Below, one piece after another: positions 39,133 to 52,300 of a stretch of DNA of 64,000 bases. Each line of letters starts with the position of its first letter. Within the stretch, counting starts at the first letter, position 1. The stretch spans positions 105,340,001-105,404,000 of the forward strand of contig NC_058373.1 in assembly GCF_018350175.1 (NCBI RefSeq), read 5' to 3'. The position numbers and the translations under genes were made by a program. Origin of the DNA: Felis catus (taxonomy: Eukaryota). The notes beneath the pieces are model-generated. The model was not told the origin of the DNA, searched no databases, and saw only the letters and a list, made by a program, of their open reading frames with translations.

Positions 39133-39934
39133 TAAAAGCACTACCTGGTCTGGCTGCTGCAAGGATTCAGTGAAATCATGCAGGAAAAGCGCTTAGCACA
39201 ATGCCTCAATAAATATTAATTATTATTATTGTTACTATAAGAGAATGATCCTCTTTTCCTTGCATTGGGGTAAGGTCAACCGATGTAATTAACAAATACT
39301 AATTGTTAATATATGCATTGATGATTTGTTGCCAGGTGACTACGATATTTGAAGTGACAAACTCATTTTAGTGTTTGCCTTTTAATTAAAACGGGTATTT
39401 CAGCATTCTAAAATTCATTTTCGAAGGAACCCCCTACTGAGCTACAGCATCTCAGGCACAGCAGGGGTATACTACCATTTTTAAAAAGCCAGCTAACCAT
39501 TAATGTCATAATTTTATATTTATCCTGCTAATTACAGCGGAGACAAACCCCAGTTTGTCCACGATGACTGTGCAAACAAACAAAGAAGCCTCAGCACCAA
39601 GGGGCAAGTTATTTGCAAATTTGCATATTAATTACTGTTTACTGCCTTTGCCCCCGTGGCTGATTACTTCTAACAAAGTGCATGGTGTTTACAGTGGCTT
39701 GGATTGTCTGAGACAACCTGAAATGCAGCTTGTCACCCTCTGAGCAGGCAAGGAGAAGGCCACGGTGCTTACTTGCTAGTGGTGAAATGACTAGAAGGAA
39801 ACAGTCCATGCCTCTGGCTCAAGAGATCTTTCTGTAAGTAGCCACAAAGAGTTCTGAGGTGCATTTGAATAAAGCACCGAAAAAGACGGTCCTAGAGAGT
39901 CTTAAATAAGACCATCTTTGCTTTAACATGTTGC

Positions 39935-40150
39935 TTTTCTTAAATGTTTAGTTTTGAGAGAGAGAGAGAGAGAGCGCGCGCGCGCGCGCGAGAGAGCACA
40001 AGCGAGGGAGGGGCAGACAGGGAGGGAGACAGAGGATCCAAAGCAGGCTCTGCACTAGGCAGAGAGCTCAGTGTGGGGCTCAAAGTCACTTACTGTGAGA
40101 TCATGACCTGAGCCCAAGTCGGAGGCTCAACCGACTGAGCCACCAGGGCG
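39935..40150 (-). mobile_element. CanSINE with an internal (GA)n(CG)8 tract
   Basis: Typical antisense body. Confidence 0.82.
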
Positions 40151-40914
40151 GGGGGTGCACTTTAACGTGTTTTGGAGCAATGTTATTCTTGATATGTGCT
40201 ATGCAATGTGAAAGATAATATGCATTGTTCTGTACGCTTTGAAAGGTTACTTGTGCCTTACAATTAAACTGTGGTCACAGTGCCCTGGAACGGAAGATTT
40301 CCTGAAGGTCACGAATGGCCTTTGTTTCCTCAGCGCCTGCACCAGCAAGCCAGGAGGACCGGGTGCTCTGGGAGGAGCCGCCCACAATTCAGTCCTGTTT
40401 TCTCCTGAGGGCATTGGATAGATGGGGACACTCTCGTGCCTAGCTTGGAAAGGGAAGTCTAGTGCGTACTGGAACATTTGAACTTGGTTGTAACTGGAGA
40501 CAAAAATCACATTCGTTGGCTTCAAGGCACCAAGTCTGAAAGAAACTCTTTGTGCTCACAATTCGGAGAAAGGAAGAGCAGCCTTCTCTTGACACGAAGT
40601 CCTGTCTGACAAAACCCTGACAGAGGCGGGAGAAAAATCAATGGAAAAAAATTTAATCTTGACATAAGCATAATACATTATGCATGATAATCTTCAGAAT
40701 TTGAAAGCCACTTAAAGGCAATCATCTGAAAAAGCGGAGACTGGTTTACAAGGTGAGTTCAGCTTCCCGTAATGTGTGAAAAATGTTGAGGAAGTACAAA
40801 AGTATAAAAACAAAACAACTCCTCTCTGTTTTTAATCTCTAGAAATAAGAAAACAAATACTCTCACATATTGTATCAATAGCTGCTCTTTGGGAAATTTC
40901 ACGGTTAATACAAT

Positions 40915-41165
40915 AATAATAATAATAATAATAATAAATAATAATGATGATAGTTCATCGTTTTTCGAGTGCTTGCTTTGTCCCAGGTATTTAATATGCA
41001 TGGTCTCGCTTAATCCTTTCAGTGAAGAAGGTTGTATTTTTTATCCCCATGAAAACAGCTGAGACTGAAGCTCAGAGAGATTAAGGAACTTGCCCCAAAT
41101 CACAAAAGTAGAGTGTGGCAAGGCTGAAATTTGAACCCACGCAGTCTGACTTTATGGGCCACCAT
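40915..41165 (+). mobile_element. MIR SINE preceded by (AAT)n
   Basis: TGAGACTGAAGCTCAGAGAGATTAAGGAACTTGCCCCAAATCAC...ATTTGAACCCACGCAGTCTGACT. Confidence 0.7.
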
Positions 41166-41354
41166 GCCATCATGCGTCTCATTGTATGCATTAGGAAACT
41201 GTATTTTATTTTCCTAATGCCCCAAGATTTGTTGTAAATTTAGGGTTCTATACCAGCTTTCTGAGCTCCTTAAACTCATTGTCTTTATATTCTTCTACGC
41301 TACTCCTCTAATTAAAACTGAGTGTTGCATTTACAATATCCTAACATCTTAGAG

Positions 41355-41586
41355 CAGAGGTCAGTGAACTGTGGCCAGTGGGCCGAATCTGCCTACCACC
41401 TGTTTTTATAAATAAAGTTTTATTGGAACACAGGCACGCTCACTTGTTTATGTGCTATTTGTGGCCGCTTTTGTGCTGCAACTACAAAGCTGAGTACTTG
41501 TGACAGATACTATAAGGTCCACAAACCTAAAATATTTGCCGTCTGGCCATCTGCAAAAAAAAAAAAAAAAAACTTGTTGACTCCGG
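41355..41586 (+). mobile_element. MER58A-like hAT-Charlie MITE
   Basis: AAATAAAGTTTTATTGGAACACAG...AAAATATTTGCCGTCTGGCC. TSD-like TCTTAGAG / ACTTACAG. Confidence 0.8.
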
Positions 41587-41999
41587 ACTTACAGAAAACA
41601 TTTCCTTTCTTTTTCTAATTAACATGTGACCAGGTCTTCAGGAGCAGCAGCTCTGAGCAAGACTGTTGGCGTAGTGATGCCTAGCCTGGCTAGCTGTGCT
41701 TATTTTCATTAAATCTGAGGTTGTTTGGGGCTAGAAGTGGCCAGGTGGACTCCAGGACAGAGGCTGTGGGTGGCTTGTTACTGGTTATCGTTACTGGTCT
41801 TTGGTGCTTTCTCCTTAACTGTTCCCAGAACCCTACCAAATAACTACTCACCACTGTATCCCCAGAGATAAGGCGTGCACATGATAGATTATTACTGAAT
41901 TAATAGTTAGAAATATCGTTTTGAATTAATAGTTAGAAATATCTTGCAATTAGTTAGTCCATGAATTCTGGCTCCAGCCAGTCTCCCTTCCAATGGCAC

Positions 42000-43000
42000 C
42001 TCCACCCCCTCGCCATACTATGTTTCTGAAAACGCCATTTCCGTCTCGTTATTCTCCTGATGTACGTGATTTCTGGCGGCTTGCCCTTCTTGGCTTCTGG
42101 GATGGGGTTCAAATTCATTAGCCTGGCAGTTATGATCTCTCCTCGGCTCCTTTCTCGACCCCTCCTTACCATAATTCATTTGCCATGCAACACCTTCTGC
42201 TTTTTCAAGATTTAACTCCTGACCATTTGACCACTCAGGGAGGTCAGGTTTGCTGGGTGGGCCAGATCACAGCCAGCTCTGGAAGAGGATTGACATGTTC
42301 AAAACGATGCTTATGATATGCAAAAGAACCTGTAGGGGGGAGAGACTAGAGGCTAGGAGGCCAATTAGGAATCTATTTGAGGTGATAATCGTGTAGACAG
42401 GGGATATGAGAATAGAGAGGAAGGGACAACCTGGAGAGATATTTGAAGAAAGCATCTTTAAGGATTTGATAAATTAGTGATCTAAGGGATGAAGGAGAGG
42501 TAAGGGTAATAGAACAAGAATTTTAGTCTCAGGAGTAGTCGATCGTGTTGTCATTGACCAAAATTGATACTCTGGGGAGAGAGACAGGGTAGAGGGGATG
42601 AGAGAAAGTGAAGAGCATCTGGAAATAAGATTGAGATAATCCTTGTGACAATTTAGTGGTCTATATGGAAAAGGACATGTGACATTAGTGTTAATTTGGG
42701 GGTCAGGACTAGAGATTTTGATATAATAAAGGGCTGACAAACTGACTCATTCATTCACTCAACAATACTTATTTGGGCATGCATAGTATGCCAGGTACAG
42801 TTCTAGGTTCTTGGGGTACATCAGGCAACAAAACACAGATCCCTGCTTTGGGGGCATGCATTCTGGCAAGGGAGACAGGCAATAAACAATGAACATAATA
42901 AGTAAATAAATTATATAGTGTAATAAGGTATTAAACACTGTGGAAACAGAACAAGAGAGGGCAGGGTGAGGGCTGTTGCAATTTTAAAGCTGATCCCAGA
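42000..43000. mobile_element. L2 LINE fragments
   Basis: GGAGGCCAATTAGGAATCTATT and TCATTCATTCACTCAACAATACTTATTTGGGCA...ATGCCAGGTACAGTTCTAGG resemble L2. Confidence 0.55.
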
Positions 43001-44205
43001 CAACACCTAGAGCTTTTTTCTATGACCACTGGTTTGTTATTCATATTCTAACTACGGTGACACAGGGAGAGATTATAAGGCACTGGCTACCGTGTGATAT
43101 TTTAATAAAGATTCTTCTGCGTGTCACATCTGGAGGCAATTTGGAAAAAAGGGAAACTTCTCATGGGTTCCATTTCCTGAATGAGTAGCACTACAATGAA
43201 ATTCAGATGAGTTGAGGCTGATAATTTCCAGCAATTTAAATGTCGTTGCCTTTCCTAGAAGGAAAAGCTTTGTTTATAAACAGCTAGGTCAATAGGAAAG
43301 GTAGCGTCATTATTCACATTCTTCTGATAGGCTCCCAGTTCGAGCACATGGGGAGAAGGGTGTACACAGAAGACTGGAACATAATCACCTGGCTTGGAGT
43401 TTTTGTTGTTTTTGATAACATGGGGGAAAGGTAAAAAGCTAATTTTATTCTTTCTTGGAAGACAGATTTTATGGGATGACAAATTTTTTTGTAAAGACTA
43501 AGGATTGGAGCAAGTTCCCTAGTGATGCCTGGGAATACAGACTCTGTGTTACCTGCACTCTTCCCCTCTTGGGTTATTAATGATCAAAGCCTGCATTGGG
43601 GTCACATGATCTCTGTTTTCTGGGTTTCTTCAACAGGCTCTGTTGTGCCAAAGATCCGCTTTAGTTTCCATGGCCTTCCATTGTCAAGCTGCTGCTTATT
43701 TAGGATCCGCAGTGGAGGGGAGATACTTAAAGAGGAAGGAGGGGGTAAGGGTGGGATGAACATGATTTGGACAATGTCAGATGGCACACTGGTGTGGATA
43801 ACCAGAGTGGTATGTGTTATAATTTGAAAACTGGCTTAGCTCTATTGAAAACAGGGAAACTTAATTCTTTGATGTGGAAATGAGCTAAAAGGGAAAGGAA
43901 AAGGTGTGCATGTCAACTCTGGGCTTTTTTAAATCCGTGTTGTTTTTTTAAGCCTGTGAATCCCCCAGGTGCAGGTGCGTGGGGCAGCCTGATGCATAAA
44001 GGGACACCCGTTGTGCACCAGAACCAGGTTTCTCTCCCTTTGTGCTGACTCAAGCAGCTGCAGCCACAGCAGCCGGCAGTTGGCAAGGTAAGCTCTTGGC
44101 TTCCTGGAAAAATCTTGGGAAGAGCCCAGCGTCAGTCAGTCAGTATATATAGGTCTGCCAGGTACATGTTCAGTCGAACAGAAGGACTTGGGGTTGGAAT
44201 GTTTT

Positions 44206-44225
44206 GGGTTTTTTTTTTTAAGTAT

Positions 44226-44262
<37 letters not shown>

Positions 44263-45227
44263 AATTTTTTTTTCAACGTTTATTTATTTTTGGGACAGAG
44301 AGAGACAGAGCATGAACGGGGGAGGGGCAGAGAGAGAGGGAGACACAGAATCAGAAACAGGCTCCAGGCTCTGAGCCATCAGCCCAGAGCCTGACGCGGG
44401 GCTCGAACTCACGGACCGCGAGATGGTGACCTGGCTGAAGTCGGACGCTTAACCGACTGCGCCACCCAGGCGCCCCTTAAGTATTTATTTTAATTCCAGT
44501 TAATTTACAGTGTTAGATTAGTTCCAGGTTGAAGAGTTAAAAAAAAAAATCTTTTTTTTTTTTTTTAAATTTTTTTTTCAACGTTTATTTATTTTTGGGA
44601 CAGAGAGAGACAGAGCATGAACGGGGGAGGGGCAGAGAGAGAGGGAGGCACAGAATCGGAAACAGGCTCCAGGCTCTGAGCCATCAGCCCAGAGCCCGAC
44701 GCGGGGCTCGAACTCACGGACCGCGAGATCGTGACCTGGCTGAAGTCGGACGCTTAACCGACTGCGCCACCCAGGCGCCCCCAAAAAAAAAAATCTTTTT
44801 AACGTTTATTTTTGAAAGAGTGAGCATAAGTGGGGGAGGGGCAGAGAGAGACAGGGACAGAGGATCCCAAGCGGGCTCTGTGCTGACACAGGGGAGCCCG
44901 ATGCAGGGCTGGAACCCACGAACCATGGGATCATGACCTGAGCTGAAGTCAGACACTCAACTGACTGAGCCACCCAGATGCCCCAAGGTTGGACAGGTTT
45001 TTTTGTTTATTAAAAAAAAAAAAGTTTTTTTAAAATGTTTATTTATTTTTGAGAGAGACAGAGACAGAATGTGAGTGGGTTAGGGGCAGAGAGAGGGAGA
45101 CACAGCATCCGAAGCAGGCGCCAGGCTCCGAGCTGTCAGCACAGAGCCCAAAGCGGGGCTTGAACTCACCAGCAGTGACATCGTGACCTGAGCGGATGCT
45201 CAACTGACTGAGCCACCCAGGCGCCCC
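44206..45227 (-). mobile_element. Stack of four CanSINEs (~44232-44476, 44557-44782, 44797-44985, 45020-45227) plus a tiny L1 tail (~44491-44530)
   Basis: Four antisense SINE bodies. TSDs TTAAGTATTTATTT (44218/44477) and A11-TCTTTTT (44539/44783). Confidence 0.9.
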
Positions 45228-48200
45228 GAGGTTGGGCAGTTTTTAGTGTAAACCTTTCTGTGCTCAGAGAAGTGGGGTCCCATGCACCCATTTTCGGAAG
45301 GAAACCACTTTCAGTTAGAAGGGGCCTCACGGGAGTATATCCTTGGTGGAAATGGCATTTAATATTTTGTTAGTGCTTTCTACCTCTTGCCCCTATTTAA
45401 TTCAATTACATTTGTTAAACTCCTAGTAGGTGCTTAGGACTCTGGGAGGTGCTCTGGATTATCACGAAGGAGTAAATCTGAATGAATGACAAAACAAAAA
45501 TGAAACCATTTTTCAAGAATCTTCATTGGAATTCCACTACCAGAAGTAATGAGAAAATATGAACCCCAAATTAGTGATAACCCCTTCCAGTCCTCATCCT
45601 CACATGCACACGTGACACAGAGAAGCCCTCAGGTAGAAGTGCCCTCTGGATGAAAACCCCCGGGGCTCTTTGCCCTGGGCCAATTGGCTTGGCTGGGCTA
45701 CCTGGTGTTGCCTCATTGATGAAATGCTGATTAAGTTGCTTTGTGCTCCATAATGGACCGATGGGTCATTCCCTGTTTCTTGTCAACTTCAAACAGTCTG
45801 GGCAATCTGAGTTTGTTTTAACTCTACTGACCTCAACTGCCTTTTGTCTTTATCAGACTTTATTCTTATCTTTTCAGAAATGGAACCGTTTCTCTTCTTC
45901 CTGTTTCCTCATTTTTTTTCCCCCAGAGGCACAAACTTAAAAAAGGCAAGAAGAGCACCCAATTTTGTTTTGTTTCTAAATATCTATACATAGAATTTCC
46001 AAAGTCCCTTTGGTGTGTCATAGGCAGGGGATTCCGTCTCAATCTACCCTGAAAGGTGATTGAATTAAGCAAGCATTTGGTGCGTGAGTATCTGCTTTGT
46101 ATCCAGCTTTGTTCTGAGGGAGTTAGAGATGCAGTAGGATTTGGCCCTGCCCTTGAGGAGTTTAAAATCTAATTGAACAAGAGAGGCAACACTAATTAAG
46201 CCAAGATTTACTTCTGAGTTTTTGAGGTCGCATTCTTGGCTTCAGTGTTTCTATGCATAACGGCCAAAAGGATCTGTTAGTTTTAGTCTATGTACCGGTA
46301 GATTTAGTTGTTCATGAAAAAACATCTCTCTGACCCAAACAAAGGGAGTGCAATTTAGACACTGGGGATGCTTTAACTAATTTTCAAGTTATTTTGGTTT
46401 ACCTAGTTCTTTTCCTAGTAGTACTTTGTTCCAGACTCTGTGACTTTAAACAAAAAGTAACCACCCCCCCCCCCCAACCCCGCCGGTCATCCTGCTACTT
46501 GTTCTGGAGGGTAAAATCGCATCAGGCATGAATTCAGCTCTCAAGGAGCTCACTTCCAAGCTTAGTAGGTGAGACAGGACAGGAGACAGGAGGGAGAACG
46601 TCACTGGTGCACAGGAGTTAGGACATGAGTGGGGAGGACGTCGTTGGTGCACAGCAGCAGTCAGAACCATGGGGCCAGTCACTGGGGTCTTATCCTGGGA
46701 GGCTGGGAGAACCACTTCACTGCTATTGCTTCAGGGTGACTTCATCTTCCCACATCATGATATACTGTAAAGATTGTGGGAAATGCTTTGTGTCCTCTGG
46801 ATGAAAGGTGTATTATATAAGGTCTGTAAAAAAATTTCTGGGTAAGTTTAAAAAAAATGATAATGATGATTGTAATAATATCTAGCATTTATTGAGTGCC
46901 TATTATATGCTTGGCACTAAATTAGTGATGGGGATACAGCTTTGACCTGTACGCTGTTTTATATCTGCTAGTCCCCAAATTATGAAAATATGCATTTCCA
47001 AATGGGGCCTGTTTATAATCTGTCCATAATTGTTAATCTAGGTCGCGGTTTCATGCAAACTCATTATACTGTCCTCTCTACTTTTGTGTTCTGAAATTTT
47101 CCATAATAAGAGGCTATGCCAAAAAAGGAAGGAGCTAAGTAAACTTCAGTAACCTAAATAATGCCTCAGATAAAAGATGAAGGAGAAGAAAGAAGGAAGC
47201 CAACATTTGCTCTAGTGTTTACTAACGTGCCAGGTCCTTCACATTTACTCTTCGAGAATGAACTGTGAGCCCATTTTACAGATGAGGCTCAGAGATATCA
47301 CAGGACTTTGTTAAGGGGTTGAACCCTGGTCAGAGCTTATGCTCTTTCCAATATGCCACGTTGCTCTAGTGGTCCGTATGGTTTCTAAGGGCAGATCCTC
47401 GGGTCCTACGTGGGCAGGCCAAAGTGCTGGTGGAAGAAAGAAACCCCAGTGCTACTCCTCAGAAATCTCTCGGACCTACTTCCAGTTCAAAACAAAATGG
47501 AGTGTTCTGAAACAATAGGACACGTAGGCTTTAAGAAAAATTTCCAAACAGTGTATGAAAACTGCCAAAGCACTGGTTAATTATGATTTCTATCTGATGG
47601 GGTGTCTTTGTGGGCGTGTATAACATTTGGGACTTTGGGGTAACCAACATTTATTCCTAGACATTTCACAACCTCTCTCCACGGTTAGCTATGAGCCCTA
47701 TTTTACAGATAAGAACAACGAGGCTGAGAAGGGTCAAAGTTGGCAGTCCGAGCGTTCCTGGCTAATGCTACCCAGGAGCCGAGCCGGGTACAGCTGGATT
47801 CAAATTCAGGCTGGCCTGCCCCCGACTGTTTAGCCTCTCACCACACCAGGAAGTGCCGGGTTAGAATCAGCTTCTTGGTCCTGTGGAAACAGCTTCTATG
47901 AAAGGCGAGAGAGGGTCAACCAAATTCCTCCATTGGGCCTGGGAGGCGGAAGAGTTGGCTCTAACAAAATGTCAGTTTCTTCAAGATCAGGCAAAACTCC
48001 CTCAAGACTCTGAATTCAGTCTGCGGGAACCAAACCGAACAGAAGTGAATTGTCCCATCTGTCGTCAAAACCATCCTCCCAGACTTCAAAGGATCCTGGC
48101 TCTGGAGGGAGAGACCCCTGAGGTGCAGAGAGAGATGGAAATGGAGCCCCCAGCCCTCCTATCAGCCGCTTCAGTCTCTGGGGGCTGGAGCCGCATACAG

Positions 48201-48934
48201 CCACTGCCTGTCATCCCAGCTGACTTCTCTTTGAATCTGACGCTCTTCTCAACCCCCAGCCTTCCCCTCAGCCCAAACATACCCAAGGCCCAACTTCTGT
48301 TTGAAGTAGATGTGCGACTCTTCACACGCTGCGGCTGCAAAGGTGCAATGGGATTAGAGGAAGCAGGCTCCCCGTGGGGCCACCTAAGCCTCAGCCCGCA
48401 GTGAGAGCTTTCAGCCTCTCACAGGGTGATAATGGCATTCTGGGCTTTTCCACAGGGATCCCTCGGCCCTGAGGGATCTTAATTAAAGCCGCTTTGTGGG
48501 TGTTGGGGGGAAACATGGGCCCAGAACTCAGTGCGGAAGCTCGTTTTGAGTTCCGGTTCGGTTTCTGCCTGGCCTCAGAGAGGCTAGGTTCATAGGAGCC
48601 AAGGGGACGAAGGAACTGGACCAGTTGTCTCTTTCCTAAAGCAAAAGCCTCTGCTTTCATGTTAGTAACCTAGAGCTCTCTGCTGCTCCTCAGTCATTTC
48701 TCTTTGCTGGTGTGGAAATGATCCGGAAACCACACCGGAAATTGCTCATAATACTATGGGTTGTTGTCATGCTTTCTCTTTCTCCTTTCTGAGATTGTTC
48801 TGAGGAAAAGGTAGTCGATTTGTAATTCATTATCTTGACGTTTGTTTGTACATGCTAGTTACTACCTTTCAATGAATGATATTTAGATGAAAATATTGAA
48901 TTATTTTGCTATACAGCAAGTATCTCCTTATAGA

Positions 48935-49340
48935 CTTTTTTTTTTCTTTTTTTTTTTTAGAGAGAGAGAGAGTGAGCATGAGAAGGGCAGGGGGAAAGAG
49001 AGAGAGAATCTTTTTTTAAAAATGTTTTTATTTTATTTTTGAGAAAGAGACAGAATGCAAGCAGGGGAGGGGCAGAGAGAGAGGGAGACACAGAGTCTGA
49101 ACAGGTTCCAGGCTCTGAGCCATCTGCACAGAGCCCGACGTGGGGCTCGAGTTCATGAACAATGAGATCACGACCTGAGCCGATGTCGGAAGCTTAACTG
49201 ACTGAGCCACCCAGGCACTCCAGAGAGAATCTTAAGCAGGCTCCATGAGCCCAATACGAGTCTTGATCCCAAGACCCTGGGATCATGACCTGAACCAAAA
49301 TCAAGAGTCAGACGTTCAACTAAGCTACCCAGGTGCCCTC
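48935..49340 (-). mobile_element. CanSINE (~49013-49221) nested in another CanSINE
   Basis: TSD AGAGAGAATCTT at 49001 and 49222 splits the host SINE. Confidence 0.88.
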
Positions 49341-52300
49341 CCTATAGACATTTTAAGTATAGCTTTTAGGGGAGTAAATTTTAAGACAATAAAAAGTAAA
49401 ATATAAGACCCCTTTCCCTGTAAAAAACATTTTTTATAAATGCCATTTTTTTGTGTGTGATTTTACTTGAGTATGACTTTTTAGATATAATTACAGCATA
49501 TATCTGCTTTGAAAACATTACTTTGCTGATTCAGTGGTAGTTTCACAATTTGGAATTGTATATAAATTTGGAAATATATTTAGAAATACATATATTTGAA
49601 AATATATGTGGAAATATGTATATATTTGAATATATATCATCCATATATGTACGTAATTATTTAATTAGTGCCAGTTAAAATCCTAGACCATAAACTTCAT
49701 GAAGGCAGGAATTATGTCTGATCTGTTCACAACTGTATCCCCAGTGCCTGTCATGTATTAGAAATACATATCTGTTGAATAAATGAATGATTACTTCAAG
49801 AGGTGCAAGGCAATGATAATGGCATGTATTTGTTTTTATCTTATAGGAACGCCTGCTTTAAAATGTCTTTCTCTCATGAAAGCGACTCAGGCTATAATTA
49901 GATTTTGTTACTTTAATGAAGAAATCACTAATGCTCATCTACAAATAAATACGATTGAAAATGTTCTGTGGGTTATCAAATTACATGTGTAATAGTTTGA
50001 GTTCATGAGCTGGAGAATTTCACTTAATTAGGGACCAGTCCCACTACAGCAGAGTAAGGGCAAAACCCACCGACCAGAATTGTTTCAAGTGACTACTTGT
50101 CTCTGAAACACCTTTAAATTTTGCCTGGGAATGAAGTAGTTTCACGGTATTAGTAAAGGCCATGTTCTAGGGTGTTTGCACTCTTGGTACACACCAACTT
50201 CCATCTGTAAATGTCAGAGCTAAGGGACTGAAGTCTGAGGTTGGTGGAGACATCAGTGATGAAGACCATCGGGGGATGCACGTTACCCCCACAGTGAGAG
50301 TCTGCAACTTAGGGTGTGCTGTATCAGGAAGCTGAGCTTCCTGAGGAACTCACCCTCAAACTTCATGGAATCATCCAGTGCTTCTTCAACAGAAACCTGG
50401 CGACAGGGAACCTTTATAACGACGCTAAAACAGTTAACAGATAACCTTTTCTTCCAGGAGTAATGAAGTGTGTGGTTGTGCACGAGTCAGTGAGGGTGGA
50501 AAGAGCTGTTTCATGGGCTTGCAAACAAGACCCGCATTGTCACAAGTTTGCTCTTTCCACCACCATTCCCTGATTCCCCCCTGCCCTCAAAAGAGTTTTA
50601 AAGTGGTCAGGGCCATGATGTTGCCCAGTTTTGCTACCAACTTTTCCTTTTTCTTGATCCTTTGTTTCAATGTCTGCTTTCTTTCCCCTATGCGCTCACT
50701 GAAGACTGATTGTGGGGTCAAGCTATAATTAGTTTATATATGAAGTTTAATTCACTGTGGCTCTTTTGGCATTAGACTCAAATGGGCTTTGATGTCTGGC
50801 TGGAGCTTTGATCCCAGACCCTCGAATGGTGGTCATCACCCCAACTCAAAGGATTGCCCTTTATTTTTCTCCCTCCTATTTGGAGACAGCTTTTCCCAAT
50901 TACATCATTTGTGTTTGTTTGGCCATAAAAGCTGCAAGGCATCATTTTGTTGCTTTGCCGGAGAGCAAAACGTGCAATCGATGCTCCTTATTTTTCCCGG
51001 CTGCAGTAGAATGTTCCCTGGTGGAGAAGGCATTTGTAGAAGGATTCTGAGACTTTGGTGGGGGTGCTGGTGGGAGGGTTCTGCCCAAGGGCAAAGGGTC
51101 AGACTGTGTGATCTGAGGGACTCTTCCTGGCTGTGCCCAGGAAATATGTTGAAGCATAAACTACCCAACTACGACATATTATTGAGTCAAGACTTTTCCA
51201 TGTTAGCAACTTTAATCTTACCCCCCAGGTGCCCCAGGTGGCAGATCCACTCCATCTTGAGTGCCACACTTTCAGGCTGGGGACTAACAGCTTTTCTGAG
51301 AAACTGAGGCTTGGGTGGGGCGTGGGAGCAAAAGAACTAACTAGGGCTGACCAATACTAGAAAGGAGATAACAAAGTAGCATCCGTGGAGGAAGAAGCAC
51401 CCAGCGCCTGCTTTAAAAAGTAGAGAAAGAAAAATCAAAACAGTAGGAGGAAGTGAGATCCTTCTGGCAGCAGAAGGGAGCTGTGAGCAGTGGGTGATTA
51501 CCTTCAACTGCCTCCGGAATACCTGCCACCAAAACAAAGAATCAAAGAGGAAGGAAAAGCCAGGCCTAGACTGGAGAGGAGAAAATTTGGCTGTTAAGAA
51601 GAGAATAGGGGCAACCCAGCTAGTCACACTTAATCTGATGACATTGGGAGTTTTCAGAAAAAAACAAAACAAAACAAAACAACCTACACAAACAAAGAGC
51701 TACAGCATTGAGCTCCTTGCTTCTAATTTCACTTGACGGCCCAAGTTTGTTTTAATTGGCATGTGAATGAACAGCATTATTTATTAATGTGTAATGGATA
51801 CTTTGGAAAGCATAACCTCTTTTTCCTATTTGTGACCATTTTACTGGTGGAACCATTTGAATACATTAGTTTTAATACTTAAACTTGCTGGGAACACTTT
51901 TTCATGGAGATGTACAAGCTGTTATGGCAAATGGTTTGCTTGGGACTAATGAGCCAGCTCCAAGTGGCATTTGGTGGGGAGGGGGTGGGATGGGGGGGAG
52001 GTTCCGAGACATAGCGACTTGTCTGTCTGCTCTAGCAAGATTTATTAGTAGGGTGTAAAACACGTTTCAGCTTTTCTCCCCCCTCAACTATATAAATATA
52101 GTTGTCGATGTGTGACATAACCCAGGCCACAATAATCGACTCCACCCAGCCAAAAGGAATCTAATTCAGAGCTAGAAAGCAGGAAGCTTGCTTAGCAATT
52201 AATAGAATGAGACAATGATGAGGACGTGGGTGAGTGGCCTTTGGCATGCAGGATCTGTCATTATTCCTCAGCGCCTCACTGAAGTTATGGAAGAAAATTA

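Noticed and set aside
41188..41220. Perfect 11-bp inverted repeat GCATTAGGAAA...TTTCCTAATGC
   Set aside because: Too short for a pre-miRNA or MITE. Plausibly chance or a local template switch.
41896..41943. 22-bp direct repeat TGAATTAATAGTTAGAAATATC twice
   Set aside because: Only two copies with a 4-nt spacer, so a simple local duplication. A 13-bp repeat at 18984-19011 is similar.
47883..48404. 173-aa ORF containing CPIC
   Set aside because: GTG start, only one CxxC, and no recognisable family or exon structure.
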